Part shown: piece by piece, positions 1 to 8,407 of the stretch
Layout of the letters: every line of letters begins with the position of its first letter
Position numbering within the stretch: the stretch's first letter is position 1
Source: an uncultured Clostridia bacterium
Lineage (GTDB): Bacteria > Bacillota > Clostridia > Oscillospirales > CAG-272
Assembly: GCA_947573405.1 (NCBI GenBank)
Contig: CANPFW010000003.1
Coordinates: forward strand, 1-56,595
Length of the DNA: 56,595 nucleotides
Reading direction: 5' to 3'
Made by a program: the position numbers and the translations under genes
The notes under the pieces: generated by a model
What the model saw: the letters and a program-made list of their open reading frames with translations, nothing else
Told to the model about the DNA's origin: nothing
The model's database searches: none

Positions 1-33
1 GGCTGTCATGCTTTTAGCATGACTGGGGGATTG
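1..33. repeat. Partial unit (F orientation) of the window-wide palindromic intergenic repeat family; cut by the window edge on the left and by the AT-rich island on the right
   Basis: ggctgtcatgcttttagcatgactgggggattg is near-identical to 21319-21350 and closely related to 17559-17591. Confidence 0.8.
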
Positions 34-381
34 GAAAGTTTATATAGATAAAAGTTCCAGAAAGACTGAGACTATTTTTATTTCAAATAAAAATGCCAGT
101 AAATCCGCATGGTTTTTTACTCTTTATAATAAATCAAATTTTTATGAGCGATTGTGCTGTTAAAAGCCAACTAATGGCTATTTAAAGAATAATTTTTTAT
201 TGTATACTTATATTAAGGATTATAACACCAGAGAAAAGGATAATAAGACAATAACAGATTTACCAAATTATTATATCTGTGTGTGACCTGTTTTACAAAG
301 ATTTAAGTAAATATAAATTAAATAATGGCTTATTAGAATTTACTTGAATAAGTATAATAGTAAAATTTATTTGGAGTGCGA

Positions 382-1698
382 ATGGAAATACTTGAAATTG
401 TACCATTGCTTCCTTTGCAAAAAACAATGTTATATAAAATATTGTCTAATCCAAGTATTCCTGTATTTGGTGAGCAGTGGAGATATAAAGTAACCGGAAG
501 GATAGATGTTTCCTTGATAGAAAAAGCATGGCAGAAAACAATAAATAGTTATGATATTCTGCATGGCGTTTTTCAATGGGAACATAGAAAATCCCCTGTT
601 TTTCTGATCCTGAAAAGCGCCGTAAACAGATGTCAGATATATCATCTGGAGAATTTCAAAGAAGCTGATAAGACAAAGCAAGCCGATAGGATCGCATGGA
701 AGGAATACCACAATCCGGTCAATCTAAATGAATTACCTATAAGAATGACCATTACACTATTATCTGAAAATTGTTGTGAATGGATAATTACTTCTAACCA
801 TATTTTATTTGATGGTTGGAGTAATTCAATAATTATGAATAATTTCATTCATAATTATTTCACCCTATGCGATAATCGAAAAATACAGACACAAAGTAAA
901 GGGCAGGCGTATTCTGATTATGTTCGTTATGTCTATCAGGAACAGAATAATTCGCAGCATATAAATTATTGGAAAAATTATATAAACGGGTATATTTTCT
1001 CACAACCATATACTCGAAAACGAAAAAACGGGAATCGCATAGAGCAATTTCCATTAACGGAAAGTCAAATCCAAATGATTCAAAGATTTTGCCGGTTAAA
1101 TGGTTTTACATTATCTGTTGTCCTTTATACCATATGGGCATCCCTTCTATACATAGAAAATCCCCGAAAAACGATCATTATCGGCGCAACTGTATCCGGT
1201 CGCAACTTATTGCCATGTTCATATGACGATGTAGTGGGGTTGTTGGCAAAAACATTGCCTATGCAAATTAGTTTTGATAATAACTCAAGTATTGTAGATA
1301 TTATGACTGGAATTCGAACAGATTTAATAGATATAGAAGAACATATGCACGTAACCCCTGAAATTTGGCTTGATATACTTCCCAATATCCAAGAATGTTT
1401 TTCTGAAGGCTTAACGATCCAGAACTATCCGGTACAGGCATATAACAATAAAGGCGAAATTGATTTTCAGATAGAGTTTTACCAATCTAACTATTATACA
1501 GATATGGATTTTTCAATTTCAATAAAAACATTTATACAGCCCAATTCACTGGAGATTAACTACTCCGCCGACCGTTATTCATCAAAAATGGTACATCACC
1601 GGATAAATCTATATTTACATATTCTTCAAAGTCTTATACAACTTACACAATCGGAAATTAAAAATACGTGTATTATAAGCTGGCTAAAAAATTTATAA
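382..1698 (+). CDS. Free-standing NRPS condensation (C) domain protein
   Basis: Condensation core motifs are readable: LPLQKTMLY (C1), YDILHGVF (C2), SNHILFDGWS (C3 HHxxxDG with first His replaced by Asn), YSDYVRY (C4), VGLLAKTLP (C5). GGAG at 373-376 lies 5 nt before ATG 382; the ORF track starts at GTG 376. Confidence 0.8.
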   Translation: MEILEIVPLLPLQKTMLYKILSNPSIPVFGEQWRYKVTGRIDVSLIEKAWQKTINSYDILHGVFQWEHRKSPVFLILKSAVNRCQIYHLENFKEADKTKQADRIAWKEYHNPVNLNELPIRMTITLLSENCCEWIITSNHILFDGWSNSIIMNNFIHNYFTLCDNRKIQTQSKGQAYSDYVRYVYQEQNNSQHINYWKNYINGYIFSQPYTRKRKNGNRIEQFPLTESQIQMIQRFCRLNGFTLSVVLYTIWASLLYIENPRKTIIIGATVSGRNLLPCSYDDVVGLLAKTLPMQISFDNNSSIVDIMTGIRTDLIDIEEHMHVTPEIWLDILPNIQECFSEGLTIQNYPVQAYNNKGEIDFQIEFYQSNYYTDMDFSISIKTFIQPNSLEINYSADRYSSKMVHHRINLYLHILQSLIQLTQSEIKNTCIISWLKNL

Positions 1699-1704
1699 TG
1701 AAAA

Positions 1705-2778
1705 GTGGTAATAATTATTATTAAGTTTAGTGTTCCTGCGGATTTTAAAGAGAATACCCTGAAAAAGCTGAAATATATAAACAGCTTATCTGAAAACAAA
1801 AAAATTGTAGAAGTGTATGGTCAAATAACGACAGGTAACATACTGGCATCAGGAAGAAATCCTCAGGTTTTGCCGCAAGTTGATTTGAATGAATTAAAAG
1901 CATACATAAAACAATGTGATAAATACGGTTTTGAATTTAACTATACATTGAATGCATCCTGTATGGGGAATAAAGAATTTTCAGCAGATATGCGCCAATT
2001 TATCCTCACGCTGGATAGGATAGGGGTTTCATCTTATACGCTCTCTATACCATATTTATTTGATTTAGTAGCTGAAGTCTTGTCAGAAAATAAAATAAAA
2101 GCTTCTGCAATCTGTGAAATCAACAGTGTGATGAAAGCGAAGCATTACAAAGAATTGCCGATAACCCGTATTGTAGTCGATCCCGATATTACCAGACGTT
2201 TTGATATTTTACGGGGAATCTGTAATGAATTTGGAGAAAATGTTGAAATTATAGTCAACAATGCCTGTATACAAAATTGCCCATATAAGATGTTTCATTA
2301 CAACCATGAGGCTCATGGGGGATTAGAGCATTCAAATGAAATAAATAACCAGTATTATTATCATAAATGTTCGTTACAGAAAGCACAAACAGATTATAAT
2401 TTTATAAAAATAAACTGGATACGACCAGAAGATTTACATTACTATGTTGAAACCGGCATAACACGTTTCAAAATCCATGGAAGAAACTATATAAATTCCG
2501 ACAATCTTTTGAAGGTAACCGAAGCTTATTTTTCTGAAAAATTTGATGGAAATCTTATGGACTTGCTAACGCTCTTTCAGCCATATAATGCTTTTCAGCC
2601 ATATATTGACAATAAAAAGCTGGATGGATTTATTAAACGATTTTATGACTACCCACATGCTTGTAATGAAATATGCGAGGCTTGCGGACATTGTTTATCT
2701 TACGCAAAAAAAAGTATGGACATGGAAGCCGTACATACTGTTAATGATTATGCAAAACAGTTATATAAAAAAATTTAG
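1705..2778 (+). CDS. Divergent U32-family (PrtC/UbiU/UbiV/RlhA-like) putative Fe-S protein, paralog 1
   Basis: The overall U32 TIM-barrel pattern is present: FSVPADF, IVEVYGQ..SGR, DLNELKAYI, GFEFNYTLNAS, IIVNNACIQNC. Conserved Cys are shared with the next ORF, including C-terminal CNEICEACGHC. Confidence 0.55.
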   Translation: MVIIIIKFSVPADFKENTLKKLKYINSLSENKKIVEVYGQITTGNILASGRNPQVLPQVDLNELKAYIKQCDKYGFEFNYTLNASCMGNKEFSADMRQFILTLDRIGVSSYTLSIPYLFDLVAEVLSENKIKASAICEINSVMKAKHYKELPITRIVVDPDITRRFDILRGICNEFGENVEIIVNNACIQNCPYKMFHYNHEAHGGLEHSNEINNQYYYHKCSLQKAQTDYNFIKINWIRPEDLHYYVETGITRFKIHGRNYINSDNLLKVTEAYFSEKFDGNLMDLLTLFQPYNAFQPYIDNKKLDGFIKRFYDYPHACNEICEACGHCLSYAKKSMDMEAVHTVNDYAKQLYKKI

Positions 2779-2811
2779 CCTGTTGGCTTTATAAATATAA
2801 GGAAAAGCATT

Positions 2812-3927
2812 ATGAATTATTATAGTATTCCTTCGGATTTTAAAGTTGAAAGTGTAGAACGATATATTAAATTAAATCAACGCTGTGAGGATAAAATTAC
2901 AGAAGTATACGGTCAGCTTAACAGTACGGAAAATATATTTGGTTCTGGTAGAACGTCAAATCAATTGCCTGAAGTTACATATAATGAGCTTAAGAATTAT
3001 ATTTCTTTGTTATCGCGCAATGGCTTCAGCTTTAATTATACTTTCAATGCATCATGTTTATCAAATATGGAATTTACAAAAGATGGACAACAGAAAATTA
3101 TTACATTTCTCAATAGATTGATAGATGCAGGAGTGAATTCTGTAACAGTATGTATGCCGTCTCTTATAGAACTGATTCATGAATTGAATTTACCGATACG
3201 GATAAAAAGTTCTACAGTATGCGGTGTTACCAATGGTGAAAAAGCCCGGGCATATCGTTCTTTAGGCGTTAGTCGCTTAGTAGCGGATGAAAGTATCAAC
3301 CGGGATTTTACCGCTTTACGACAAATGGTACAGGTTTTTCCCGATGATCTTGAATTAATCGTTAATGTAATATGCGATAAAAACTGTATTTATCGACCCT
3401 TCCACCATAATCAGATGTCTCATGATTGTAAATATCTCGAAAAATCTACAAGCTATTATTCACATAGATGCAGTATGCACAGAGCGCAAACGCCAGAAAA
3501 TATACTTAAAATGAATTTTATTAGACCAGAAGATATTATACATTATGAAAATATTGGCATTCATCATTATAAAGTTCAGGGAAGACAAGCAGCAGAAAAT
3601 GGAGATATTTTAAGAACCGTTGAGGCATATATGATGAAAAGCTATGAGGGAGATCTCCTTGAACTGTTGGACTGCTTTTTGCCAACCAATTCATTTCGTG
3701 TGGAAATAGACAACAAAAGGTTGGATGGATTTCTATTACCTTTTTTACAGGATAATTTTTGTCAAAGAGATTGTAAGAATTGCAATTATTGTCTTTCGTT
3801 TTTTAAAAAATTTTTGCCTTATGATGAAATAGATCATATCAATCAGATTGCAAATGAATTTTATAAAGGTACTGATGAATTTAGCAGAGATATCATGGAA
3901 TGGAGTAATAAAATAAATGGAAAATGA
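2812..3927 (+). CDS. Divergent U32-family putative Fe-S protein, paralog 2
   Basis: Colinear with 1705-2778: YSIPSDF, ITEVYGQ..SGR, TYNELKNYI, GFSFNYTFNAS, LIVNVICDKNC, HRCS, C-terminal CQRDCKNCNYC. Confidence 0.55.
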   Translation: MNYYSIPSDFKVESVERYIKLNQRCEDKITEVYGQLNSTENIFGSGRTSNQLPEVTYNELKNYISLLSRNGFSFNYTFNASCLSNMEFTKDGQQKIITFLNRLIDAGVNSVTVCMPSLIELIHELNLPIRIKSSTVCGVTNGEKARAYRSLGVSRLVADESINRDFTALRQMVQVFPDDLELIVNVICDKNCIYRPFHHNQMSHDCKYLEKSTSYYSHRCSMHRAQTPENILKMNFIRPEDIIHYENIGIHHYKVQGRQAAENGDILRTVEAYMMKSYEGDLLELLDCFLPTNSFRVEIDNKRLDGFLLPFLQDNFCQRDCKNCNYCLSFFKKFLPYDEIDHINQIANEFYKGTDEFSRDIMEWSNKINGK

Positions 3928-6900
3928 TAGAGTACATACAGTGGGGGATATTATAGATACAAAATTACCAAAATGGACGATACAAGAACGAATGAAAGAA
4001 ATGGCAAAAATTCAAAAGGATAAACCAGCCATTATAACTTTTCTCAATCAAGAAACAGATACACAGATTAATCAACCGGCCGATTCAGATATTCAATGGA
4101 TTTGCTTTGTGGCGGATAGGTTTACTGTTGTACGCCGTTTAGAGCGTCAGTTTATGCTCTTATCACGAGAAAATGTTCGGGTTATCTTGGATCAGACAGC
4201 ATATGAGATTTATTCGCTTTTTAATGGGAACTTATCTGTATCGGAAATATATAGGCAATACGTTATTGGCGGGAAAGGCACATGGTCGTGTGAAACAGTC
4301 GATGTAGAATCGTCTGTATCAATAGAAAAGAATATAAATTGTCATATGGAATTTTCTGGTCTGAATGGTCTCGTAAACTTCGCGCTGTTTCTGCGGCAAC
4401 ATGGTTTCTTAGTTGTTCATAAAGTAAAAGTTACTGCAGACTACCCAAAATACGAATTTTCTGAATACGACATTACAGAATCGAAAGTCGAAACGGATCT
4501 GAGCCAAATCGAACCTTGTAAAGTTTTGTTATTAGGGGATAAGCCCGGAATGGCCACTGTGGGCATTTTATATTTAGCTTCATATCTGGTTCAAAATGGA
4601 ATTTCGGCCAAATGCCTGCTTATTAACAAAGAATATAGTTTTCAAAAGTTTCTGGACAACCTATTATTGATACTGAATAATATGCGACCATCATATGTAG
4701 CTATTAGCATGAAATGGTTTCCTCATATTGAGCGGGTGTATGAAATTTCAAGATTCGTAAAACAGTATCAAAAAGATATTCATATCATAGTGGGCGGGGA
4801 CACAGCATCTCATTATGCAAGGGAAGTAATTCAGGAACCGACAATAGATTACGTGATATGTGGTGATGGGGAAGACGCTTTGCTGCAAATATGTAAAGGG
4901 ATTGTGCCTGCACCAAATACTTACTATAAGAAAAATGGCGATGTACATACGCCTGATTCATACATTACAAACAGTGAAAAAAATGTATACTCTCTTTTAC
5001 CACCTGAAAAAATCATGATAGATCCCAAAATGCTTATGTATATTACGTTATATTTACCAACGTCTAAAGGGTGCATGCATGATTGTCTTCAATGTGGAGG
5101 AACTATGCATATTCAAAGGAAAAGTATGCACAGAAATCCTGGCTTATTTACACGACCAGCTCATATTGTAAGGCAGGATATTATTCAAACACAAAATCAT
5201 GTTGCATCTTATATGTTCAGCATTTGTGATACGGTTAGAGAGGATTTTTCTTACTTCGCGCTTATGTGGAAAGATTTAAATCTTTCAAATCATGTTTGCG
5301 CTCTGTTTAGTACATCAATAATCGATGAAAAAATTATTGATCTTGCCGCAAAGACTTTTTGTTATGTGCGTCTGGGTATCGACATGTGCAGTTTATCGGA
5401 GCGGCATAGAGAAAAAATTAACAATCATACAAACGGAAAAGAACAAATTAGCGATACAATGCTCTACAGTTTTTTAGATATATGTGAGCGGTATGATAAT
5501 TGTGAAGTTGATATTTATACGATAGCCGGTATGCCATTTTTTGAGGAGAGTGATATACAAGCTGAGAATGAGACAATAGATAAGCTGTTAAAGTACAGGT
5601 GTTTTAGAGGGATAGAGTGGGGACGTCTCCACGCTCAGCCAGGAGCCAAGTTGCTTGCAGGCGCTGAGCAGTATGGATTGAAGGCCGATGCTTGTGATTA
5701 TACGTCATTTCACCAATACAGCAGACTGAATCAGGCAAACAGTGACATCTATCCTGCAATGCCGTATTATCATTATCCCTATATTTCCTATGTAGATAGC
5801 GAGAAAAGCCGGCATGTTTATGGTCATTATTTTGAAATGAGTGAGAAATGTCGAAAGAACGCCCGAACTGTAAATCAAACAATCACAAAAGAAATCAGTT
5901 ATTATGATTTATATGCCCTTTCTTGTCAGATGGCAAAGGCACTGTTACACGCAGGGTTACAGTCACAGCAAAATGTAATTTTATATTTTAACGACCGTTT
6001 ATATTTATCAGTTGCTATATTATCTGTTATTCTGGCAGGAGGGTGCTATATCCCATTGGATCCAATGTTTCATGAAAATCTAATTGAGCATTTAGCTTCT
6101 GAAGATACTGTTTTTAAATTATTTACCGATGCTTCCATCTCATGCAATAAGCGGTTGGATTTTTGTGATTTGTTGCACAATAGCCATTCTGAAATGGTGT
6201 TGCCTGAAGGAAATGCCAGATTATTGCTCTATCGTATCTATTCCTCCGGTTCGACGGATACCCCAAAATGCATTGCAATACGGCAGGAGAGTGTTACGAA
6301 TTATACCAACTGGAGAATAGTTAATTATAATATTAGTGACCATGATGTGGTGCTGCAAATGCTGTCTGAAGCATTTGACGGCTTCGGATCTAATTTTTAT
6401 ACGACTTTGATGGCAGGCGGTTGCCTGGTTATGCCGACACCCAAGCAAAATCGAGATATCTCATTTATTAAGACGATTTGTAAGAAATATCAAATAACAC
6501 ATACCAGTTTGCTCCCATTTCAACTGGAAATGATAGTTCAGAATGATGTTGACGTCCTGAAGTCTTTTAAATCGGTAGTTGTGGCGGGAGAGACCTGTCA
6601 CGGAGATCTGCTTAAAAACATAAATCATTTTTATCCTGCATTAATTGTGATCAACGAATATGGTCCGACGGAATGTAGCATTGCAGTTACCGCGAATATC
6701 GGCTTGAATGAAGATTCCATATATAATATTGGTCGTCCGATTTCAAATGTAGAGGTGTCGCTTGTAAATGCGCAGGGACTTCCGGCATCAAATGGAGAAG
6801 CTGGTGAAATATGGATTACTGGATGCTGCTTGTTATCTGGCTATGGCTTTTCGGACAATACGGACTCTTCAGATATACCCAAGGTTTTCAAAACGAATGA

Positions 6901-6982
6901 CACAGCTCGCTATGACATCATTACAAAAGAACATATTATGTGCATATATTTGTTGAAAACACTTAGCTATCAAGCGTATTAG
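3917..6982 (+). CDS. Fusion protein: PqqD-like N-terminal segment + cobalamin-binding domain + radical SAM core + adenylation domain lacking its C-terminal subdomain
   Basis: PqqD-like segment at aa ~60-125 (ENVRVILDQTAYEIYSLFNGNLSVSEIYRQY). B12-binding-like segment at aa ~200-330 (KVLLLGDKPG...IIVGGDTAS...ICGDGEDAL). CxxxCxxC = CMHDCLQC at nt 5072-5095. Adenylation motifs: YSSGSTDTPK (A3), FDGFG (A4), NEYGPTE (A5), GEIWITGCCLLSGY (A6), FKTNDTARY (A7). No A8-A10 motifs before the stop. Overlaps the upstream gene by 11 nt. Confidence 0.7.
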   Translation: MENDRVHTVGDIIDTKLPKWTIQERMKEMAKIQKDKPAIITFLNQETDTQINQPADSDIQWICFVADRFTVVRRLERQFMLLSRENVRVILDQTAYEIYSLFNGNLSVSEIYRQYVIGGKGTWSCETVDVESSVSIEKNINCHMEFSGLNGLVNFALFLRQHGFLVVHKVKVTADYPKYEFSEYDITESKVETDLSQIEPCKVLLLGDKPGMATVGILYLASYLVQNGISAKCLLINKEYSFQKFLDNLLLILNNMRPSYVAISMKWFPHIERVYEISRFVKQYQKDIHIIVGGDTASHYAREVIQEPTIDYVICGDGEDALLQICKGIVPAPNTYYKKNGDVHTPDSYITNSEKNVYSLLPPEKIMIDPKMLMYITLYLPTSKGCMHDCLQCGGTMHIQRKSMHRNPGLFTRPAHIVRQDIIQTQNHVASYMFSICDTVREDFSYFALMWKDLNLSNHVCALFSTSIIDEKIIDLAAKTFCYVRLGIDMCSLSERHREKINNHTNGKEQISDTMLYSFLDICERYDNCEVDIYTIAGMPFFEESDIQAENETIDKLLKYRCFRGIEWGRLHAQPGAKLLAGAEQYGLKADACDYTSFHQYSRLNQANSDIYPAMPYYHYPYISYVDSEKSRHVYGHYFEMSEKCRKNARTVNQTITKEISYYDLYALSCQMAKALLHAGLQSQQNVILYFNDRLYLSVAILSVILAGGCYIPLDPMFHENLIEHLASEDTVFKLFTDASISCNKRLDFCDLLHNSHSEMVLPEGNARLLLYRIYSSGSTDTPKCIAIRQESVTNYTNWRIVNYNISDHDVVLQMLSEAFDGFGSNFYTTLMAGGCLVMPTPKQNRDISFIKTICKKYQITHTSLLPFQLEMIVQNDVDVLKSFKSVVVAGETCHGDLLKNINHFYPALIVINEYGPTECSIAVTANIGLNEDSIYNIGRPISNVEVSLVNAQGLPASNGEAGEIWITGCCLLSGYGFSDNTDSSDIPKVFKTNDTARYDIITKEHIMCIYLLKTLSYQAY

Positions 6983-6996
6983 AACTAAAAGAATTT

Positions 6997-8166
6997 TTAT
7001 TGTTCTAACTTATATTCATTTTTCAACAGATCTATATATAATGGAATATCATCAATTTTCGGATTTTCAAAATGGAAGCAATAGAAAGAGCAACTTCTGT
7101 ATTTTTCTCCATTGTGTGACCAGATTACTGTATGAGGGCATTGACCAGTTTGTTTTTTATATCTGTCAAAGACATCACAATCTTGACATTTCTTATTTTT
7201 CATATATTCAATAATTTGCGGTGGGAACTTATCAAATCTATCTTCACGCCCTTTAATTTTCAGAAAAAGGTTTAATACTAAGTAAGTTTTCATATCCTTC
7301 AGAATAATATTTCTATATTCAGGAACTGTATAATAACTGAGTTCTTCTTTCCATAAGTCATCTTCATATCGTATTTCTGCAAGTGCCTTTTTTTCTAAAT
7401 AATAATTACCTTTACGCTCACCTTTATATTCAACATTCGGAAATTTTTGCATATATTCATAAAAAGCTAAATAAAATTTTTTTGCTTCTTTATCCCAAGT
7501 ATAAATTTTATCGTTGACCCATACTATTTCCGGAAGTTGTGAAAGATCAACTAAATATTTATAATCCAGTGTATAGAAATTAAGCTTGAATTGATCTATA
7601 TTTTTAATAAATTTTTGCTGGTCCTCATTGATTTCCTTACAGCTGCAATATGTTTTCAGTGTGTTTATTAGTTTAGGATTTGATGGGAAAGAAACCTCTA
7701 ATAGACTCTCTTTTATTTTATTGTTATTATAGCCACTTATGGTAAAGCCAAACTCTATAAGTTTGTTGATTATCAAATAATAACGGGTTATTGCTTGTTT
7801 TTTGATCTGAGCGATGAACGACTGCCCGTCCGATATTAATGTATTGTTTTGTACTTTGCCTGAATCAAAAAGTGCATACAGAACGTCCAACAATCTATGT
7901 AGAGAGTTTCTCGATTCTCTGAGAGGCCCCCTCACGCATAAATGTATTGCATGGTTGTTTTGCTCATGAACATCTATCAATAGCAGCCCATAGTCTTCCG
8001 GATGTTCAGCCATATCGCAGTATATTTTTTTTATTAATTCGATTAAATCTCTAAAATCGTCAATAAAACTTTTGTCAAGACCTTTTTTTAGAGGCAATTC
8101 GTCAGGTAAAGGAAGAATTGAATTTACATATTCCAGCGCTTGATATTGTACATGATACTTGTACAT
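6997..8166 (-). CDS. Hypothetical protein with Cys-rich C-terminus, opposite strand to the cluster
   Basis: 389-aa intact ORF. AAGGAG lies 7 nt upstream of ATG 8166. C-terminal KCQDCDV...CPH...CSFYC. No family recognised. Confidence 0.5.
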   Translation of the reverse strand: MYKYHVQYQALEYVNSILPLPDELPLKKGLDKSFIDDFRDLIELIKKIYCDMAEHPEDYGLLLIDVHEQNNHAIHLCVRGPLRESRNSLHRLLDVLYALFDSGKVQNNTLISDGQSFIAQIKKQAITRYYLIINKLIEFGFTISGYNNNKIKESLLEVSFPSNPKLINTLKTYCSCKEINEDQQKFIKNIDQFKLNFYTLDYKYLVDLSQLPEIVWVNDKIYTWDKEAKKFYLAFYEYMQKFPNVEYKGERKGNYYLEKKALAEIRYEDDLWKEELSYYTVPEYRNIILKDMKTYLVLNLFLKIKGREDRFDKFPPQIIEYMKNKKCQDCDVFDRYKKQTGQCPHTVIWSHNGEKYRSCSFYCFHFENPKIDDIPLYIDLLKNEYKLEQ

Positions 8167-8407
8167 TTCTGTACTCCTTTCAATATTTTAGTTTACCATT
8201 ATTATAACAAGTTATTGTGCAAAATGCAATATAAATTTTAAAATACACAAAAAATAATGTACAACTTGCCGGCTATAATTCATATGAAATATTATGAACG
8301 GTAATTGCTTATCAATCCCCAAAATTATATGATTAGATATGACATAGATAGCAAACTTTTTTAATGACCGTATTATTGAAAAGCTTACTTAATCAGGAGA
8401 TTAAATT

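Noticed and set aside
1-60. The compositional jump at 33/34 as a chimeric assembly join
   Set aside because: It cannot be excluded without reads. The AT-rich side contains no copy of the repeat that could mislead an assembler, and the other end of the island sits at a tRNA 3' end, which fits a biological insertion. It is kept as a check under the island finding.
1705-3927. U32 genes as collagenase-type virulence proteases
   Set aside because: The context (biosynthetic operon, conserved Cys clusters, tandem paralogs) fits the Fe-S hydroxylase branch of the family better. No signal peptide is visible.
6997-8166. Candidate integrase or transposase for the island
   Set aside because: No tyrosine-recombinase (R..HxxR..Y), serine-recombinase or DDE-type pattern is visible. 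It was kept as a hypothetical protein.
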